A stretch of 64,000 nt of DNA from Candidatus Omnitrophota bacterium (GCA_043821285.1 JBDRCZ010000017.1:15947-79946); one strand, 5' to 3'; positions 29,835 to 40,047 are shown, counted from the stretch's first letter. Notes: generated from the letters alone by a model not told the origin. Program-made: numbers and translations.

Positions 29835-32820
29835 ATATTGCTTGCTCTATAAATGTCAGGTTTTGGAATTGCGGTTTTGGAATTGCTGTTGTACTAGGGG
29901 GAAAATTAGGAAGTGGTGGATATCCAAAAAATTCTCTGGCAGTTGGATTTTGAATAGATTCAAAAGTAATCATACTTGGTGTCCCTCTATAAGTAGCTAT
30001 TTCTCCATTTAATTTTATTGTATTTTCATTATAATCATATGTAACAATTACCTGCAGTCTCTTACCTCTCTCTCCGCTTCTTGTGAGAACTAAGACGACA
30101 TTTAGTTCTGTAATTCTGCTTTGCATGGTATAAACTTGTATGCTTCCAATACTTTCAGGTATTTTAAGCTCTTTACTCCCAATTTTTTTACTCTCACTTA
30201 TAACTTCTTCTTCAATAATCTCTAAGCCTTCTGGCGCGTGAATTTCTCGTATCGCTTTCATCACTTCTTGCTTTAAATCTGGTGACAAATTTTGTACTAC
30301 TTCACTATTTTCTATAAATCTTATTTCCCTTGGATCAGTCCTCCGGCGTTCTTTGCCTTTTTTATCATCAAGTTCAAGAAATAGATATCCCCCGGTCGCG
30401 GAATTCCACGAAATCCTTGTTTGACCTTTATCATTGGCAGAAAAATTAATAGTAACATAGTTATTCGGACTGATTGTTAATATTGTTCCTTCACCAAATG
30501 ACGCGTGTTTCACCGTATCCCCTGCCCGCAATAGTGTTCCGTCAGGCAAAATAAGAGTAGGTCGAGCTAAGTTATTAATTACACTTCGTAACGCTATTTG
30601 TAGGTTTCCCTGGGAATTATTTTCAATATCAGGATAATTTTCAAAAAAGTCGTTTTGTGCCTTTTGTATTGCATTATAATGGCCTAATACTGAACAAATA
30701 GCTCCGTGATAGATGTATTCCTGGCGAATTAATGGATTATCCTGTTCACAAATTTGCCTTGATAACACTAAAGCCGGTTCAGGAAATAATTCGTTAAATT
30801 TCGCCTCACCTAAAATATTAATAATCTCTTGTTTTGTTTCTTCTGCATGTGAATAGAATTCAAGCACATAATCATCTTCTTGATTAAACACAACAGCATC
30901 AGTTACAATAATGCGTAATGGTATCTCACTTCCTGCAGTAGTATGCAAATACTTCCTTATTCTTTGTTCTATTTGTTCTATATCTTGCTTAAGATCATCA
31001 GTTTCATCGCGATACTGCCTATGGGAAAGATTATAGAGCATTTGTTTAAACGCACGGTCACCTTTGCGGATAAAGCCGCCTTCATTGTCTGTCGGATTAT
31101 TTTCTTTTGATCCTTCTCCTAATTCAGGAAGAAGGTGATATTGTTCAATTATTGCGGCTATTTCTTCAGGGTCATTTAGATTTCTGTTCCTAATTTTTTC
31201 ATAAACATCCGAATGCCAATTATCAATAGCATCACCTATAGCCTCATTTGACAACTCGCTACCTTGCGTTCGGGTAACTAAAAACATATACGATAATAAT
31301 GATAGTTTCATAGAATTTGGCAGAGTAGGTTCTTTGAGCATTTCTAATGGGGGTAACATACGGTTTTCTAAAACAGTTTTTACTTGTTCTGGAAAATCCT
31401 TCATAATAATAGGCCACAGCTTTAAAAAATTAACCAATGCTTCTTGATTTATTCTTTCAGGTGGAAACGCCTGGGAGTTTTTTTCAACTATTCTTTCTAT
31501 AAAATACAAAACTGCTCTGAGAGAGAAAATTTCTATGTTTGCATTTTGCGGAATTTCAACAGAAGAATTAACCCGTTCTCCATTAACAAGAATTATTGAT
31601 TTTTCAAAAGATAAGTCGTTTGCCTGGTATGTGGCTGAAATATAAGTAAGTAGTTCTGCTACAGTACTGCCTTTAGCAGGAATTCTAATTAATTCGTCAT
31701 TCCTACTGCCAATAAGTGAAGCAGAGATTCCTATTGTGTAAGGTAAAAGACAAACACTTATCCTTTCTTGATAAATTTGGCGTGTCTGTTTAGTTATAAT
31801 TATAGGTTTGCCAGCATTATCCCTTACTTCTACCCTACCCTCGTGTACGGCATGAAGAAGATTAAGAAAATCATCTGTGCTTTTAATTAAATTTTTATCT
31901 TTAGAAGCTAAATCATTCATAAGGCTAAGGGCATTAAGAAGATTTGCCCTATCATAAAGAGGAATCAAGCCTTCATTAATGCAGCGCTCGAGGTCTTCTG
32001 GTGTTTGAATAAATCTTGTATTAACATGAATCTCAAGTATCTTTTTAAGCGGGGCCCCGAGCGGTTCGTATTTACCAAAGATAAAGTTAAGCCCGCTTAT
32101 ATTATACATAGGAATATTCTTTGATATTCTAACTAAAGCATTACCGTATCCAATAAGACAGATTTTGGTCTCTTCAAAATCTTCTCTAGCGATTAAATCC
32201 TGAACCTGTATTAACCCCCTAAGCACCGCCTCTCTCCGAATATCTTGAATGTGTACTATTTCCTCGCGGATTTGCCGCATCGATCCTATCTTGCGCAAAA
32301 TTTGAGTTAATATTTTGGTATAAATTATAAAATGTAATAATTGGTCATCAGCTTCAACAATACCTTGTTTTTCCATTAAATACTGGATTAAAAATGCCCC
32401 ATGTTCAAACACATACTTGTCTTCATCAGAAACGCTATAAAATCTAACCAACCATTTATTAAGCGAACGCTTAAAAGACGATAAGGTATCAAAGCGTTGT
32501 ATAACATTTTTTGTTGCTAACAGGGCACTAAAGATAAGATTATGGATAATGTGACTAATGCCAGTTCTCTTGTTTTCTTGTAAAAGTTTATCAGCATCGA
32601 CTATTATTTTAGCTTCAGCAGATTCTTTTGCTAAAGTATCCGTTGCTTCGCCAGGATCACTAATATCTTTTGCAAAAATATCGCTATTTATGCTTAAGGG
32701 AGGGGCAAGATGGGTGTGTAGGCCTTTTAAATTGTTGCCGGCGGCCCAGGAGAGGTCGAGGCAGAAAAAAGCGTTAATTAGCATAATAACTGTTAGTTTA
32801 AACCAAATACTGCGTTTCAT
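29833..32820 (-). CDS. Giant-family protein A (995 aa): shared signal peptide, ThiS/MoaD-like beta-grasp segment, small UvrD-C-like beta motif, C-terminal FIEQAI
   Basis: N-terminus MKRSIWFKLTVIMLINAFFCLDLSWAAGNNLKGLHTHLAPPL (family motif). VAELLTYI...SIILVNGERVNSSVEIPQNANIEIF resembles ThiS/MoaD. GDTVKHASFGEGTILTISPNNYVTINF resembles the GxxVxHxxFGxG tail of UvrD-like helicases. Confidence 0.7.
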   Translation of the reverse strand: MKRSIWFKLTVIMLINAFFCLDLSWAAGNNLKGLHTHLAPPLSINSDIFAKDISDPGEATDTLAKESAEAKIIVDADKLLQENKRTGISHIIHNLIFSALLATKNVIQRFDTLSSFKRSLNKWLVRFYSVSDEDKYVFEHGAFLIQYLMEKQGIVEADDQLLHFIIYTKILTQILRKIGSMRQIREEIVHIQDIRREAVLRGLIQVQDLIAREDFEETKICLIGYGNALVRISKNIPMYNISGLNFIFGKYEPLGAPLKKILEIHVNTRFIQTPEDLERCINEGLIPLYDRANLLNALSLMNDLASKDKNLIKSTDDFLNLLHAVHEGRVEVRDNAGKPIIITKQTRQIYQERISVCLLPYTIGISASLIGSRNDELIRIPAKGSTVAELLTYISATYQANDLSFEKSIILVNGERVNSSVEIPQNANIEIFSLRAVLYFIERIVEKNSQAFPPERINQEALVNFLKLWPIIMKDFPEQVKTVLENRMLPPLEMLKEPTLPNSMKLSLLSYMFLVTRTQGSELSNEAIGDAIDNWHSDVYEKIRNRNLNDPEEIAAIIEQYHLLPELGEGSKENNPTDNEGGFIRKGDRAFKQMLYNLSHRQYRDETDDLKQDIEQIEQRIRKYLHTTAGSEIPLRIIVTDAVVFNQEDDYVLEFYSHAEETKQEIINILGEAKFNELFPEPALVLSRQICEQDNPLIRQEYIYHGAICSVLGHYNAIQKAQNDFFENYPDIENNSQGNLQIALRSVINNLARPTLILPDGTLLRAGDTVKHASFGEGTILTISPNNYVTINFSANDKGQTRISWNSATGGYLFLELDDKKGKERRRTDPREIRFIENSEVVQNLSPDLKQEVMKAIREIHAPEGLEIIEEEVISESKKIGSKELKIPESIGSIQVYTMQSRITELNVVLVLTRSGERGKRLQVIVTYDYNENTIKLNGEIATYRGTPSMITFESIQNPTAREFFGYPPLPNFPPSTTAIPKPQFQNLTFIEQAI

Positions 32821-32930
32821 ATTACATATATGCTTTCATTCTCGTATTGAGTATCGCGTATTAATGTTTTAAATTCGAAATCCGAATATCTAAATGTTTA
32901 GAATTTGCCATTCGTCATTATAAGTGTTTT

Positions 32931-32958
32931 ATTTTATCTATCTAGTTGATCCTGTCTA
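32931..32958 (-). promoter_or_regulatory. Candidate sigma70 promoter for giant gene A
   Basis: Minus sense TAGACA-N16-TAAAAT. The -35 lies inside the conserved motif GATCCTGTCTA. About 100-nt leader. Confidence 0.35.
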
Positions 32959-33140
32959 ATTCGTTCTCGTATTGCGTTTTTTTATTGTCGTCTACTTGTT
33001 TTTATACTCAATACTCGATACACAATACACAATGCGTTGTTTAATCATTTCTCTCCGTGTTCTCTGCGGCTCTGTGTGATAAATTTTAGCTTTTATTTTC
33101 TGTCTTCTGAATTCTGATTTCTGTTTTCTGCTGTTAACTG

Positions 33141-36100
33141 TTAGATTGCTTGCTCTGCTATAAATATATTAGGTACTGTTATTTCTCCGGCACTTGGTAT
33201 ATCTTCAAGTAATGTGTCCGGTGCAAATACATTTTCATTAGCAGGATTGGCTCTTGTGGCTATATCTTTAGCGTTTATAACACGTTGTGAGCGTCTGTCC
33301 TTATGAGCACTAGTGTCATTCGTTTCCTTTTGTAATTTTGCAAGAAGAACCGGATTATCTTTTATTTCACGGTGATTTTTGACGTTGGGAAAAAAACCTG
33401 TTGTCAGTTTTCTTGCGGCGGTTAAATCATCAACAGTTTGAATAATCATTCCTAATTCACCATTTAAATCTTCGCTATGAACAACACCAGCTTCTAATCT
33501 TACCTGCATGCCTAATTCTGAAATCACTTCATTAACTTTGATTTCGATCGCTTTCAAAGTAGCGGCAATTTTTTCCGAAGTAATTATCCCATCATCTTCT
33601 CTATAAGCTCCTGCAAATTGATTATAAACATTGTTATTAATTGATAGAATTACATCATTTCCAACATTGTGGCCAAATACATCATTAATAACCTTAAATC
33701 CAAAATGCAATTGTGCAAATTGTGCATCTCCATTTAAGTCTGTTTCTCTGTAAAACTCTCTGTTGCCGCTTGCTCTTATGAAATCATTTATATTTATGGA
33801 TGTAGAACTAACTATATAATGTGCTGATAGTTTTATCAGTTGTACACGGTTATTTTCTCTTTTTATAACGAGGTAGAACTTATCAGGCCGTTCATGTACA
33901 ATACTGATTGAAACAGCAGATTTGCCGTCTAAAATGTTTTGAATGGTTTTGCCCAACTTATCTCTTTCTATTACCGGGTAAAACTTGTCTAAATCTTCTT
34001 TCGAAATACCCGCATCTATCATTTCCTGACGTATTCTTTCTCCTTCAACTCCTAATTGAAATTTTTTATCGTCAGCTATTTTAATCGGTGATTTTCTCTC
34101 TTCGCGCTCAGGATCTGGGCGTTCGGATAATCCTATTCCTACTAACTTGTTGGCATATTTAGTCCTGCGCTGGGTGTATTCCGCCTCATCTCTAGCAATT
34201 CTTAGTTGTTCCAATAGACTCATTTGGGAAATATTAGGTATATCACTTATTTTTACTGCTCCTACCGGGGCAAAGGGAACATAAACAGGAAAATAAATCT
34301 TACCATTAATATCAATGTCAAGACATTTAAGATTAGCGAGTATCTCGGATAGAACAGTGTTTTCATCCTCTTCTACATCTTTAGTGAACAGTATAAATGT
34401 TTCCTTAGAAGCCTTTTCTTCTTCTGGCGTTAAAAATACTGATTTTGTGACCGTAGTAATGTTTCTTTTTTTATTTTCTCTTAATTTTTCTATCAACGCA
34501 TCTCTGTTACTATCATTTATATTTTTTAGGATTGCAAAAACGTATTTTCCTTCAATCCGTTCTATGACCTTGCGTTGAATTTGTACGAGAAAGTGCTCAA
34601 TAACTTCTTTTGGCAACATAGGTGGTAACAAACCAACAACCTCATCACCACTAACATGATAAACTGTTCTACCTCTTTCTTCAATTTCTTTACGAGCTGC
34701 CTCAATTAATGTGTTAATTGCAAGTATATTCACATTTTCCCAGCCATATACATCATTTCTACCCCTTAGTTCGCTGATGTCAAAGAATATCACCCAAGCA
34801 TTGTCGTCGTGTCTACCTAAAAATACCACTGCTTCTTTTTCCCATTTTTGTGCATTTTCTGGATAGGCTTCATTAAGAAAGTTTCTTACGCGTGTTGTAT
34901 TATCAAATAAAGTGGTTAAATACATTATAAACTCTTGCAGTTCGTTATAGGGTTCGTCAGTATCTTTTCTACTTAAAAGAACATCTATCACCTTAGTAGC
35001 CGCGTCCCTAAATTGCTGATCATTAATATTTTGGTTAATAATTTTTCTCCACTTCTCACCTAAACGCTTTATTTCAGCCTTCAGAAACATTTCTATTGCT
35101 TCCTCATCTTCGCCTTGTTCTTTACACCTATCTACTTCTAATATTACTTTTTCTACATCTGCGCCCAACTCAAAAGCAAAAAATTCCCCATCTCGTTCCT
35201 GACTGGAATTTTCTCTTGGCAAAATGCTTGCCATACCTAAGCTAAATGCTGCGATTAAACCTGCGGTTCCTCCTCCCATCCCTGATTGAAGCATTGATGC
35301 TGCGGAAAATTCTGGTTGAGATGGGAAATAACCAAGTGCTCGCATTAATGTTCCAATAGATGCTGCTAAAAGCACGATGGATATTTTAGGTTTATTTCCA
35401 AACCATGCAACTAACCTCCTAATTAGCGTACCTAACCTGTTCTCATGGGAAGGACTTTTGTTTAATGCCCTCCAACCAGTTGGATGCATAAATGCTACAT
35501 TAGTTGCTTTGCGTCTACGATGAAGAAGTCCGCTTATATTTGCAGGAAATATTATTTTTCTGCTTATCCACTTTTTTACCTCATAAGCAATATATATTAA
35601 TGTTAAAATTATGCCCAAACCAGGTATTACCATACAATCGCTAATAAAATTATTCCACTGTTTAACACGAGCATAACCTTCTCTTACAGTAAAACTATCA
35701 ATAAAAAACTCTTCTCCCATCGGTGGCATGATACCAAACTTAGCAATAAAATCTGCCTGGTTTTTAAATGCTTCTGTTGTTTCTGGATTGATATCAAAAA
35801 AAGGAATAACTAATCGAGCAATGTTAAAAATCAACGTTACTGGGTTATGTTTTATAAGAAATTCCATTGGGTTTTTAGGCAAATTATCGACATGATGACT
35901 TAAACGCACTAATGTAACAGCGTATTCAAAAATTCCTCGCTTAGTAAAGAAATTTAATCCAATATTAGGATTACCCCATGTTCCATTCCATCTTGAACCA
36001 TAGACAATATCAAAATTGCTTTCACGGATAGGTGGATTATTTGTCATAAGAATTTGGTAAGTTTCGGGAGAAACTAATTTTATCAAAAATAGCGCTGGTC

Positions 36101-39100
36101 CAATATGTTCTGCTCCTTCAGTTCCATCTCTTCGCTCAATAAAATCGTCCAACATGCCCGCAGCTTTATATTCATTGTAAAGTTTAATTACGGCTGTATC
36201 GATTTCCTGAGCTCTTTTTCGTGCTGTTGATTCTATAAATGATCCCGTGTTTTCATCAATTTTTGATGCAAGTGGAGAGTTTTGAAATGTTTCAATTAGA
36301 TTATGGAATTCATTTAAAGCTATTTGTAATTCTCCATTATTTTCTTGTAATGATACAGGTTGTGGTAATTCATTAAGTTTTAAACTGTCAGCTGGTGTTG
36401 GCTGTACTAATCCACTTTTTCCAACTGGTTCTAAAGATACAATGTTTAATGGTGCAGCAATTCCGATTGGTGCTAATATGGTCTGTGATCCGATAGCGAG
36501 GATAGTGAGTAAAGGCAATACTACCTTACGTGCAAAAGAGAAGTTAACACTGTGTTTAAAACCCCAGCCAAAAATAGCTAATCCTATCAGTCCTATTGCC
36601 GCAATTACAGCACCTGGCAAACCAAAAAATAACCCTGCAAACCCAATTGCCATAATTAACCCATCGATTGAAAGTGCTGTGGTTCCATTAGGTAACCTAC
36701 GGCTGGAATTATTATCCGGCGCAGTAATCTCTACATTATCTCCATGATTAAACGTCTGTTCTAAGTCTTCTACGCTTCTGGGCAAGCCGTTAACTTTTAA
36801 CACCAACTCCCCAGACTGGAGCATTTTTTGTGTGGTTAGGATGGCTTTGCGATTACGATCATTATAATAAGAAATCTGTGAAGTAATAGTCTTAATAAAT
36901 AAATATGCCAGCAGATCATAGATATTTGTTGCGGGAATCTGTTCTGCTGATATCAGTTCTCTAATACCATCTTGTTGACTATTACTGGCTTCTTTAGTTA
37001 TTGTTAATTGGATTAATGCTTTTTGTTCTTCTTCTTGCAATTTTTGAGTTTGCTGAGTTATTTCATCCTCTAAAAGAGCTAATCCAGCCCTATGCTGCTC
37101 TAAGATATCTTTTTCAGGATCAAATTCCCCTTCAGCACAAATTATTAACCCATTTGGCATAATATAGTAGACTATATTGAGATAGCCATGTGTGCTTTTG
37201 CCGATCATCAGTGAGTTTTTATTATTTAGCCAACCTTCGTACCTTTCCTTATGAAGCATAATTTGTTGGCTATGTGTATAATATCTTAACGTTGCATTAA
37301 TAAAACCTTGCGCATCGGCTTCCTCTTCTTTACGATAAGTAAGTGTTGTTCCATGCCCAATGAAACCATTTTTATAATGTTCAGGTAAGTTCTTCCATTC
37401 TTTGTTCAAACCACTTTCAATCCTTTGATGCAGTGATTTGTTTCCAGGAGCCGGTATGACACGTTCTGGCTCTGATGCTAATATCTCAAAGCTCGTGAAG
37501 GCATAAAAAATATTTTCTCTATCTGTCGCAATACCCATGCGTGTTTGACCCAAATTATCAGTTACTACCTGCCAGGTTGTTAATCCTATTTCTCGAGTAT
37601 ATGCAATTAGCGCCAGTTCGTATATTTCTTCTGTTAATAGTCCATCATTTACCATCCGCACAAAAAGCTTAAGAAATTCGTTGCTGTGATATATAAACCC
37701 GACCAATATTACTAAAGAAATTTTTCTTAATCTTTCTGTTGCGTTCTCTTCCTTTTTGAGTTTACAATAGATTGCTTCTATTGCAGTAACACAATCACTT
37801 TTGTATTCTGAGCCTATTGGATCGTCTTCTAACAAGATATTCCCTAATATCTGAACCGCGTATTCTGTTCCAATATCACCTAAAAGGTTTTTAACAGCCC
37901 TTAGGCGTAAGTAAAGCGGGTTAGTTTTATCATTCAACGCATTTGTCACAAGTTTTTCTGCAGGTTCACCAATTCCTCTTATAATCTCCTCACCAAGCAA
38001 AAGTAAGTTGGTTAAGTTCATATTAATTATATATCTATTTGGTTGTTGAATTAATGTTCTCATTCGCTTAATACAAGATTCAATCACATGTGCTCCCAAT
38101 ATCTCTTTCCTGCCAATTTCAACTAAATAGTCCTTTAAAAGTTCTTTTCTTATGTTAGCAAGCTCATAAGCTGAATGAAAAAATAAAATTATTAAACTAT
38201 CAGTTATTTTATCAACCATTTGTTTAATAATATTGTTTTGGTTTTCTGCTCTGGGATTTATTTTTAATGCATTGGCAATTTCAGTTATAAACTGTCTATC
38301 TCTATCTGATAATTCATCCTGTTGAATTCTATTGTATAAGACGAATAAATATCTTATAAAATAATTGAGTACCTCAATAACAGTTCTAAGAAAATCTAGT
38401 TCAGTTTCGTTAAATACTTCTTTTTTTTCAAATTTTTCCTGTGTCATTTGCTCAAATATTTCTTTTATCAATATAACCACTCGTATTTCATTACGTTCTT
38501 TAAGTATGTTAATAAGTAAACGTCTTATCCTCAGGTCAGAAGATTGAAGCACGTATTCTCTTATGTGGGGAAATGCCCGCTCGACAATATTACCTAACAC
38601 CGAAGAGGCAATTGTAACACGTGTTCCGCGATATATTAATCCCTGTTCACTTAATTCTGTAACAGCAGATTGAAGATTATCTTCTGATTTTTTTGCAATC
38701 TCCGTCAAAATATCAATAATCACATCTTGTTTTTTTTCTCCATGATCAAGCAGGTGCCGGATAGCTTTTACGCCAAACCCTTTAACCAAAATATCTTTAA
38801 TATCAGATGTTATTTCACGATCTTCACTATGAGCTGATAAGGCATCTGTTAAAAGGTCCATTGCCGTTGCAATTGTATCTTCATCTCTATTAGCAAATTC
38901 ACCAAGTTCAGCCATATTATCAGTACGTGAAGCGCGATCTCTATACGTAGCTAACTTATTAATCACATCCTGTATGTAAGCTCTCGTTGTACTATTATAA
39001 CTATTTCTATTGCTAAAATGCTTTGTTGTATCTTCTCCCGGATTGCCCCAATCTTGTAAACTAGAAAAAGGTAACTTTAATCCACCTATTCCGGCAAATG

Positions 39101-39581
39101 TCAGTTTAGGGTTTATGCATTGCCAAAATAAATAAACTACCCCTGTTATCATTAACAATACATAAGGATTATTAAAATAACCATGAGGTATATTAGAAGA
39201 TAAGGAAATAATTATTTGCTTAAGTGGGTATAAGATTGTGCTTAGCGGTATTATATTGCTTATTACCAACACAGAAAATATTGCTAAAGCAGTTATACCG
39301 GCAATATAAGCTAATGTTCTGAATCTGTTTAAAAAGATTGGTGATTCTGTTGTAGGTTGTTTTGTTGTGATGGTAGCTGGGGCATGAGGTGTCATTTTTT
39401 CTCCTGAAATTATGAAAGCATGTTCCGTTACGGAATTAGCTATTTGCAATTCAGGGGCAAGGTGGGTGTGTAGACCTTTTAGATTGCCGCCGGCGGCCCA
39501 GGAAATGTCCAGGCATAAAAAGGCATTGATTAATATTATGGAAATTAGTCTAAAATAAATTTTACGTGTTAAATTATTCAT
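33141..39581 (-). CDS. Giant-family protein B (2146 aa): signal peptide, several TM clusters, HEAT/ARM-like repeats, two degenerate GGDEF-like nucleotide-cyclase palm domains, C-terminal IAEQAI
   Basis: N-terminus MNNLTRKIYFRLISIILINAFLCLDISWAAGGNLKGLHTHLAPEL. GGDEF-like 1: FFDISELRGRNDVYGWENVNILA...YHVSGDEVVGLLP. GGDEF-like 2: HFGFKVINDVFGHNVGNDVIL...AYREDDGIIT. TM clusters at about aa 85-165, 960-1010, 1290-1420. No terminator between B and A. Confidence 0.7.
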   Translation of the reverse strand: MNNLTRKIYFRLISIILINAFLCLDISWAAGGNLKGLHTHLAPELQIANSVTEHAFIISGEKMTPHAPATITTKQPTTESPIFLNRFRTLAYIAGITALAIFSVLVISNIIPLSTILYPLKQIIISLSSNIPHGYFNNPYVLLMITGVVYLFWQCINPKLTFAGIGGLKLPFSSLQDWGNPGEDTTKHFSNRNSYNSTTRAYIQDVINKLATYRDRASRTDNMAELGEFANRDEDTIATAMDLLTDALSAHSEDREITSDIKDILVKGFGVKAIRHLLDHGEKKQDVIIDILTEIAKKSEDNLQSAVTELSEQGLIYRGTRVTIASSVLGNIVERAFPHIREYVLQSSDLRIRRLLINILKERNEIRVVILIKEIFEQMTQEKFEKKEVFNETELDFLRTVIEVLNYFIRYLFVLYNRIQQDELSDRDRQFITEIANALKINPRAENQNNIIKQMVDKITDSLIILFFHSAYELANIRKELLKDYLVEIGRKEILGAHVIESCIKRMRTLIQQPNRYIINMNLTNLLLLGEEIIRGIGEPAEKLVTNALNDKTNPLYLRLRAVKNLLGDIGTEYAVQILGNILLEDDPIGSEYKSDCVTAIEAIYCKLKKEENATERLRKISLVILVGFIYHSNEFLKLFVRMVNDGLLTEEIYELALIAYTREIGLTTWQVVTDNLGQTRMGIATDRENIFYAFTSFEILASEPERVIPAPGNKSLHQRIESGLNKEWKNLPEHYKNGFIGHGTTLTYRKEEEADAQGFINATLRYYTHSQQIMLHKERYEGWLNNKNSLMIGKSTHGYLNIVYYIMPNGLIICAEGEFDPEKDILEQHRAGLALLEDEITQQTQKLQEEEQKALIQLTITKEASNSQQDGIRELISAEQIPATNIYDLLAYLFIKTITSQISYYNDRNRKAILTTQKMLQSGELVLKVNGLPRSVEDLEQTFNHGDNVEITAPDNNSSRRLPNGTTALSIDGLIMAIGFAGLFFGLPGAVIAAIGLIGLAIFGWGFKHSVNFSFARKVVLPLLTILAIGSQTILAPIGIAAPLNIVSLEPVGKSGLVQPTPADSLKLNELPQPVSLQENNGELQIALNEFHNLIETFQNSPLASKIDENTGSFIESTARKRAQEIDTAVIKLYNEYKAAGMLDDFIERRDGTEGAEHIGPALFLIKLVSPETYQILMTNNPPIRESNFDIVYGSRWNGTWGNPNIGLNFFTKRGIFEYAVTLVRLSHHVDNLPKNPMEFLIKHNPVTLIFNIARLVIPFFDINPETTEAFKNQADFIAKFGIMPPMGEEFFIDSFTVREGYARVKQWNNFISDCMVIPGLGIILTLIYIAYEVKKWISRKIIFPANISGLLHRRRKATNVAFMHPTGWRALNKSPSHENRLGTLIRRLVAWFGNKPKISIVLLAASIGTLMRALGYFPSQPEFSAASMLQSGMGGGTAGLIAAFSLGMASILPRENSSQERDGEFFAFELGADVEKVILEVDRCKEQGEDEEAIEMFLKAEIKRLGEKWRKIINQNINDQQFRDAATKVIDVLLSRKDTDEPYNELQEFIMYLTTLFDNTTRVRNFLNEAYPENAQKWEKEAVVFLGRHDDNAWVIFFDISELRGRNDVYGWENVNILAINTLIEAARKEIEERGRTVYHVSGDEVVGLLPPMLPKEVIEHFLVQIQRKVIERIEGKYVFAILKNINDSNRDALIEKLRENKKRNITTVTKSVFLTPEEEKASKETFILFTKDVEEDENTVLSEILANLKCLDIDINGKIYFPVYVPFAPVGAVKISDIPNISQMSLLEQLRIARDEAEYTQRRTKYANKLVGIGLSERPDPEREERKSPIKIADDKKFQLGVEGERIRQEMIDAGISKEDLDKFYPVIERDKLGKTIQNILDGKSAVSISIVHERPDKFYLVIKRENNRVQLIKLSAHYIVSSTSININDFIRASGNREFYRETDLNGDAQFAQLHFGFKVINDVFGHNVGNDVILSINNNVYNQFAGAYREDDGIITSEKIAATLKAIEIKVNEVISELGMQVRLEAGVVHSEDLNGELGMIIQTVDDLTAARKLTTGFFPNVKNHREIKDNPVLLAKLQKETNDTSAHKDRRSQRVINAKDIATRANPANENVFAPDTLLEDIPSAGEITVPNIFIAEQAI

Positions 39582-40047
39582 AAGTTAATAGCCTATCAGT
39601 TAATTCCAAATGTTCCGCCTATCAAACCGGCGGACAGGCAAATAATAAAATCCAAATGACAAATGAATCATTTAATATCTCAATCTAAAAATCAAAATGA
39701 TATATTAAAATTCAAATATTTTTCTCTTTGACAGGATTTACAGGATTAACATGATTTTTTATCCAGTTAATCCTGTCTATTTTCTTATTTTCTCTGTGAA
39801 CTTTGTGTTCTCTGTGGTTATAAATTTTTTTATTTTTTTTAATCGTAATACTCAATACATGCTACTCAATACGCATTACTTTTTATAGTGTGCTCTCTGT
39901 GGTTAAAATATTTTTTGTTTTTTTATCTACATAATCATCCGTATTCTACGCTCTCTTTTATATGCACTATTTTCATTACAATCATACATATTGTAACCGC
40001 TAATAATTACAATCTGTTAAATATATTTATAACAATTTTAATATATA
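39582..40047 (-). promoter_or_regulatory. Long conserved 5' leader of giant gene B (about 465 nt)
   Basis: Shares several blocks with the 59037-59553 leader of gene E: conserved stem-loop TCCGCC-GGTTTGATA-GGCGGA near the start codon, CTCTGTG(A/G)TGATAAATTTTT boxes (CACAGAG in RNA sense), ACTCAATAC heptamers, AATCCTGTCTAT box. Confidence 0.5.

Noticed and set aside
32820-33140. B-A intergenic region as a separate mobile element
   Set aside because: It contains the same leader blocks as the other intergenic regions and no terminal inverted repeats or transposase, so it is better explained as a family regulatory region.
39786-39825. Sigma28-like promoter (TGAACTTT-N11-GGTGATAA) on the + strand inside the CTCTGTG boxes
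   Set aside because: It would fire away from every gene in the region (all are on the minus strand), and the matches are 6 of 8 at best. The boxes are better treated as repeated elements of the minus-strand leader.
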